Shown here piece by piece: positions 25,475 through 28,749 of a stretch of DNA of 28,749 nt. The position numbers and the translations under genes are program-made. The stretch is taken from assembly GCA_027064265.1 (NCBI GenBank), contig JAMOQA010000552.1, positions 1-28,749 on the forward strand, given 5' to 3'. This stretch comes from Acidobacteriota bacterium (GTDB lineage Bacteria; Acidobacteriota; Polarisedimenticolia; J045). The first letter of the stretch is position 1; every line of letters starts with the position of its first letter. The notes below the pieces were generated by a model, which had not been told where the DNA came from, searched no databases, and worked only from the letters and a program-made list of their open reading frames with translations.

Positions 25475-26454
25475 TGGCCCGGATGACGATGGTCCAGGCG
25501 ATCAACCTCGCCCTCCACCAGGAAATGGAGCGGGACGACTCGGTCCTCGTCCTCGGCCAGGACGTGGGGGTCAACGAGGGCGTCTTCCGGGTGACCGCCG
25601 GCCTCCTCGCCAAGTTCGGCGAGCCGCGGGTGATCGACACCCCCCTCGCCGAGTCGGCGATCGTCGGCACGGCGATCGGGATGGCCCTCGGGGGCCTGCG
25701 CCCGGTGGCGGAGATCCAGTTCTCCGGGTTCGCCCTCCTCGCCCTCGGGCAGCTGGAGGGGAACGCCGCCCGCTACCGGTCGCGGACCTGCGGCCAGCGG
25801 GGCGTGCCGCTGGTGGTGCGGATGCCCTACGGCGGCGGCGTGCGGGCCCTCGAGCACCACTCGGAGAGCCGGGAGGCGATCTTCGCGCACGTCCCGGGGC
25901 TCAAGGTGGTGATCCCCTCCACCCCGCGGACCGCCCGCGCGCTGCTGGCCGCGGCGATCCGGGACCCGGACCCGGTGATCTTCATGGAGCCGAAGAAGTC
26001 GTACCGGGCGTTCCGGGAGGAGGTCCCGGAGGAGCCCGAGACGATGGAGATCGGCCGGGCCCGGATCGCCCGCGAGGGGAACGACCTCGCGGTGGTCTCC
26101 TGGGGAGCGATGCTCCGGCCGACCCTCGCGGCGGTGGAGCAGGTGGAAGAGGCCCGCGGCGTCTCGATCCGGGTGATCGACCTGCTGACGATCTCCCCCC
26201 TCGACCGGGAGACCCTGGTCCGGGCGGTGAAGGAGACCGGCAGGATGGTCGTCGTCCAGGAAGCGCCCCTCTCCTTCGGGCCCGCGTCGGAGATCATCGC
26301 CACCGTCAACGACGAGGCGCTCCTCTGGCTGGAGGCCCCGGTGAAGCGGATCGCCTCCTGGGACGTCAACACCCCGTACTTCGCCCGGGAAGAGGCGTTC
26401 TTCCCCGGGGTCGAGCGGATCCGGAAGGGGATCGAGGAGACCCTCGACTTCTGA
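25474..26454 (+). CDS. pdhB: 2-oxoacid dehydrogenase E1 beta
   Basis: 'MTMVQAINLAL', 'GVFRVTAGL', 'DTPLAESAIVG', 'RPVAEIQFSGF', 'EHHSES', 'FMEPK'; TGATG overlap with E1a. Confidence 0.93.
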   Translation: MARMTMVQAINLALHQEMERDDSVLVLGQDVGVNEGVFRVTAGLLAKFGEPRVIDTPLAESAIVGTAIGMALGGLRPVAEIQFSGFALLALGQLEGNAARYRSRTCGQRGVPLVVRMPYGGGVRALEHHSESREAIFAHVPGLKVVIPSTPRTARALLAAAIRDPDPVIFMEPKKSYRAFREEVPEEPETMEIGRARIAREGNDLAVVSWGAMLRPTLAAVEQVEEARGVSIRVIDLLTISPLDRETLVRAVKETGRMVVVQEAPLSFGPASEIIATVNDEALLWLEAPVKRIASWDVNTPYFAREEAFFPGVERIRKGIEETLDF

Positions 26455-26472
26455 GCCGAGGAGGACCGGGAC

Positions 26473-27783
26473 GTGTTCGAGTTCAAGTTGCCGGACCTGG
26501 GAGAGGGGATCCACGAGGGAGAGATCCTCGCCTGGCACGTCTCCCCCGGGGACGTGATCGAGGAGGACGCGCCGCTCCTCGACGTGGAGACCGACAAGGC
26601 GGCGGTGACGATCCCCTCTCCCCGCGGGGGGAAGGTGGTGAAGATCGTCGGCAAGCCGGGCGACATCATCGAGGTCGGCCAGGTGATCGCCGTCATCGAC
26701 GACGGCAGCGGCGAGACCGTGGCGGAAACGCCGGAGGAGGAGAAGACGCCCACCCCCGCCGAGGCGCCGCCGCCGGCCGCCGCGGAGGCAGTGGCGGCGG
26801 AAGCGCCCGCGCCGGCCCCGCCGACCGCCGCGACCGGACCGGCCCGCCGGGTGGCCGCCGCCCCCTCGACCCGGCGCCTCGCCCGGGAACTCGGGGTCGA
26901 CATCCGGCTGGTGCCGGGGACCGGCCCCGGTGGGAGGGTGACGCCGGAGGACGTGCGCCGGTTCGCGGAGGGGGGCGCCCCGGCCCCGGCGGCGCCGGCC
27001 GAGGAGCCCGGGGAGGCCCCCGCCTTCACCGGCGGCGGACGGGTCCCGTTCCTCGAGGTGGGACCGCTGCCGGACTTCACGAAGTGGGGCCCGGTGGAGA
27101 AGGAGCCGCTGCGCTCGATCCGCCGCAGGGTCGCCCGGAAGATGACGACGTCGATGGTCGTCGTCCCCCACGTCGCCCACATGGAAGACGTGGACGTCAC
27201 CGTCCTCGAGGAGTTCCGGCAGCGGGAGCGGGAGCGGGGCGGCGCCCGCCTCACCCTGCTCGCCTTCGTGCTCAAGGCGGCCGCCCGGACGCTCCGGGAC
27301 TTCCCGATGTTCAACGCGAGCCTCGACCCGGTGCGCGAGGAGATCGTCTACAAGAAGTTCTGGAACATCGGCATCGCGGTCGACTCGGGCCGCGGGTTGA
27401 TCGTCCCCGTGATCCGCGAGGTCGACCGGAAGTCGATCCGGGAGATCTCCGCGGAGATCGTCGCCCTCGCGGAGAAGGCCCGGTCCGGGAAGATCGGGGT
27501 CGAGGACCTGCAGGGCGGCACGTTCACCGTGACGAACGTCGGTCCCCTGGGGGGCACCGGCATGATCCCGACGATCAACTACCCGGAGTGCGCGATCCTC
27601 GGCATGGGCCAGGCGCGCCCCCGGCCGGTGGTCCGGGACGGCGAGATCGTCGTCCGCACGATCATGCCGGTCACCCTGGCCTTCGATCACCGGATCGCGG
27701 ACGGCGCCGACGCCGCCCGCTTCGTGAACGCCCTGCGCCGGCGCCTCGAGGAGCCGATCTCGTGGCTCCTCGACACGCCCTGA
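26473..27783 (+). CDS. pdhC: Dihydrolipoamide acyltransferase E2 with a single lipoyl domain
   Basis: '[13 protein letters not shown]', lipoyl motif 'VETDKA', E3-binding '[15 protein letters not shown]...GTGPGGRV', catalytic 'FDHRIADGA'. Confidence 0.95.
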   Translation: MFEFKLPDLGEGIHEGEILAWHVSPGDVIEEDAPLLDVETDKAAVTIPSPRGGKVVKIVGKPGDIIEVGQVIAVIDDGSGETVAETPEEEKTPTPAEAPPPAAAEAVAAEAPAPAPPTAATGPARRVAAAPSTRRLARELGVDIRLVPGTGPGGRVTPEDVRRFAEGGAPAPAAPAEEPGEAPAFTGGGRVPFLEVGPLPDFTKWGPVEKEPLRSIRRRVARKMTTSMVVVPHVAHMEDVDVTVLEEFRQRERERGGARLTLLAFVLKAAARTLRDFPMFNASLDPVREEIVYKKFWNIGIAVDSGRGLIVPVIREVDRKSIREISAEIVALAEKARSGKIGVEDLQGGTFTVTNVGPLGGTGMIPTINYPECAILGMGQARPRPVVRDGEIVVRTIMPVTLAFDHRIADGADAARFVNALRRRLEEPISWLLDTP

Positions 27784-27796
27784 GGAGGATGCGCGG

Positions 27797-28749
27797 ATGG
27801 TGATGGGATCCCTCGTCCAGGAGACGGACGTCCTGGTGATCGGCGCCGGGCCCGGCGGCTACGTCGCCGCGATCCACGCCGCCGACCTCGGCCTCGAGGT
27901 CACCCTCGTCGAGGAGCGGGAGCAGCTCGGCGGGGTCTGCCTGCTCGAGGGGTGCATCCCCTCGAAGGCGCTGGTCCACGCCACGGAACTCGCCGAGGGG
28001 GTGCGCGGCGGGAAGCGCTTCGGGCTGCTGGCCGAGAACGTGCGGATCGACCGGAAGGGGCTCCAGCGGTTCCGCCGGCAGGTCTCGGACACCCTGGCGA
28101 AGGGGGTCCGCGGCCTCCTCGAGCGCCGGGGCGTGGAGATCGTCCGGGGCCGGGCCCGCTTCGAGGGGCCCCACCGGGTCGCCCTCGAGGGGGCCGAGGT
28201 CGCCGCCATCGAGTTCAGGCGGGCGATCCTCGCGACCGGGTCCCGGGTGAAGACGCTCCCGTTCGCCGGGGGGCTCGACTGCTGGACCTCCCGGGACGCC
28301 CTCGCCCTCGAGGAGGTCCCCGGGAAGCTGCTGGTCGTCGGCGCCGGGTACATCGGTCTCGAGCTCGGGTTCGTCTACGCCGGGCTCGGCAGCGAGGTGT
28401 CGGTCGTCGAGGTGCTCCCGGAGATCCTCGCCGGCGTCGACCGGGACCTGGCCGCCGTCGTCGAGAAGAACGCCCGCCGCCGGTTCCGGAACCTGTGGCT
28501 CGAGACGACGGTGAAGGGGATGGAACGGGACGGCGATGGATACCGGGTCGTGCTCGCCGGCAAGGACGGCACCGAGGAGACCCACGTCTTCGACCGGGTG
28601 CTCCTCGCCGTCGGGCGCGCGCCCAACACCGACGGGATCGGCCTCGAGGCCCTCGGGCTCGAGACGGACGAGCGGGGCTTCCTGCCGGTGGACGATCGCT
28701 GCCGGACGAGGGTCCCCCACGTGCTCGCCATCGGGGACATCACGCCGGG
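27797..28749 (+). CDS. lpdA: Dihydrolipoamide dehydrogenase E3, truncated by the window end
   Basis: Read manually because it is absent from the ORF track (no stop in the window): 'MVMGSLVQETDVLVIGAGPGGYVAAI', redox disulfide 'GGVCLLEGCIPSK', NAD motif 'VGAGYIGLELG', 'AVGRAPN'; GGAGG RBS. Confidence 0.95.
   Translation, partial: MVMGSLVQETDVLVIGAGPGGYVAAIHAADLGLEVTLVEEREQLGGVCLLEGCIPSKALVHATELAEGVRGGKRFGLLAENVRIDRKGLQRFRRQVSDTLAKGVRGLLERRGVEIVRGRARFEGPHRVALEGAEVAAIEFRRAILATGSRVKTLPFAGGLDCWTSRDALALEEVPGKLLVVGAGYIGLELGFVYAGLGSEVSVVEVLPEILAGVDRDLAAVVEKNARRRFRNLWLETTVKGMERDGDGYRVVLAGKDGTEETHVFDRVLLAVGRAPNTDGIGLEALGLETDERGFLPVDDRCRTRVPHVLAIGDITP

Noticed and set aside
25141-27690. 849-aa - strand ORF
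   Set aside because: Antisense shadow of the pdh operon, which has clear family motifs on the + strand.
24377-28749. Novelty in the 2-oxoacid dehydrogenase operon
   Set aside because: Canonical E1a-E1b-E2-E3 order with intact motifs; ordinary housekeeping locus.
1-28749. tRNA/rRNA genes, integrase, transposase, prophage or defence genes
   Set aside because: None recognisable by inspection; intergenic gaps are short and explained by promoters, hairpins or the REP-like cluster.

Overview
A very GC-rich bacterial chromosomal window with 22 supportable protein-coding genes and no rRNA, tRNA, CRISPR array or transposase. From left to right: a beta-propeller/Y_Y_Y hybrid histidine kinase; a VanZ-family protein with a sugar-binding-like domain; a TrmH/SpoU methyltransferase divergent from a CysQ/inositol-monophosphatase-family gene; a standalone ComFB-family gene; two tandem ArnT-like (GT83/PMT_2) glycosyltransferases; an ECF nickel/cobalt importer (NikMN-Q-O type) divergent from a small intramembrane-type kinase plus OmpR regulator; a 290-bp intergenic cluster of REP-like palindromes; a ~1570-aa secreted S8 subtilase homologue with thrombospondin type-3 repeats; yqgE/algH; gpmI; a DsbA-like oxidoreductase; and a 2-oxoacid dehydrogenase operon (E1a, E1b, E2, E3, cut by the window end). 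The most unusual items are the subtilase, which has lost its catalytic Ser and oxyanion Asn and so looks like a pseudo-protease surface scaffold, and the REP-like repeat cluster. Also notable are the nickel importer with no room for a riboswitch but a palindrome in its shared promoter, and an ArnT gene that reads 298 bp into the convergent ATPase gene. Protein style suggests Acidobacteriota or a similar lineage, but this is inference only. Start codons were adjusted from the ORF track using RBS and overlap evidence. Most other long ORFs in the track are antisense or off-frame shadows caused by GC content.
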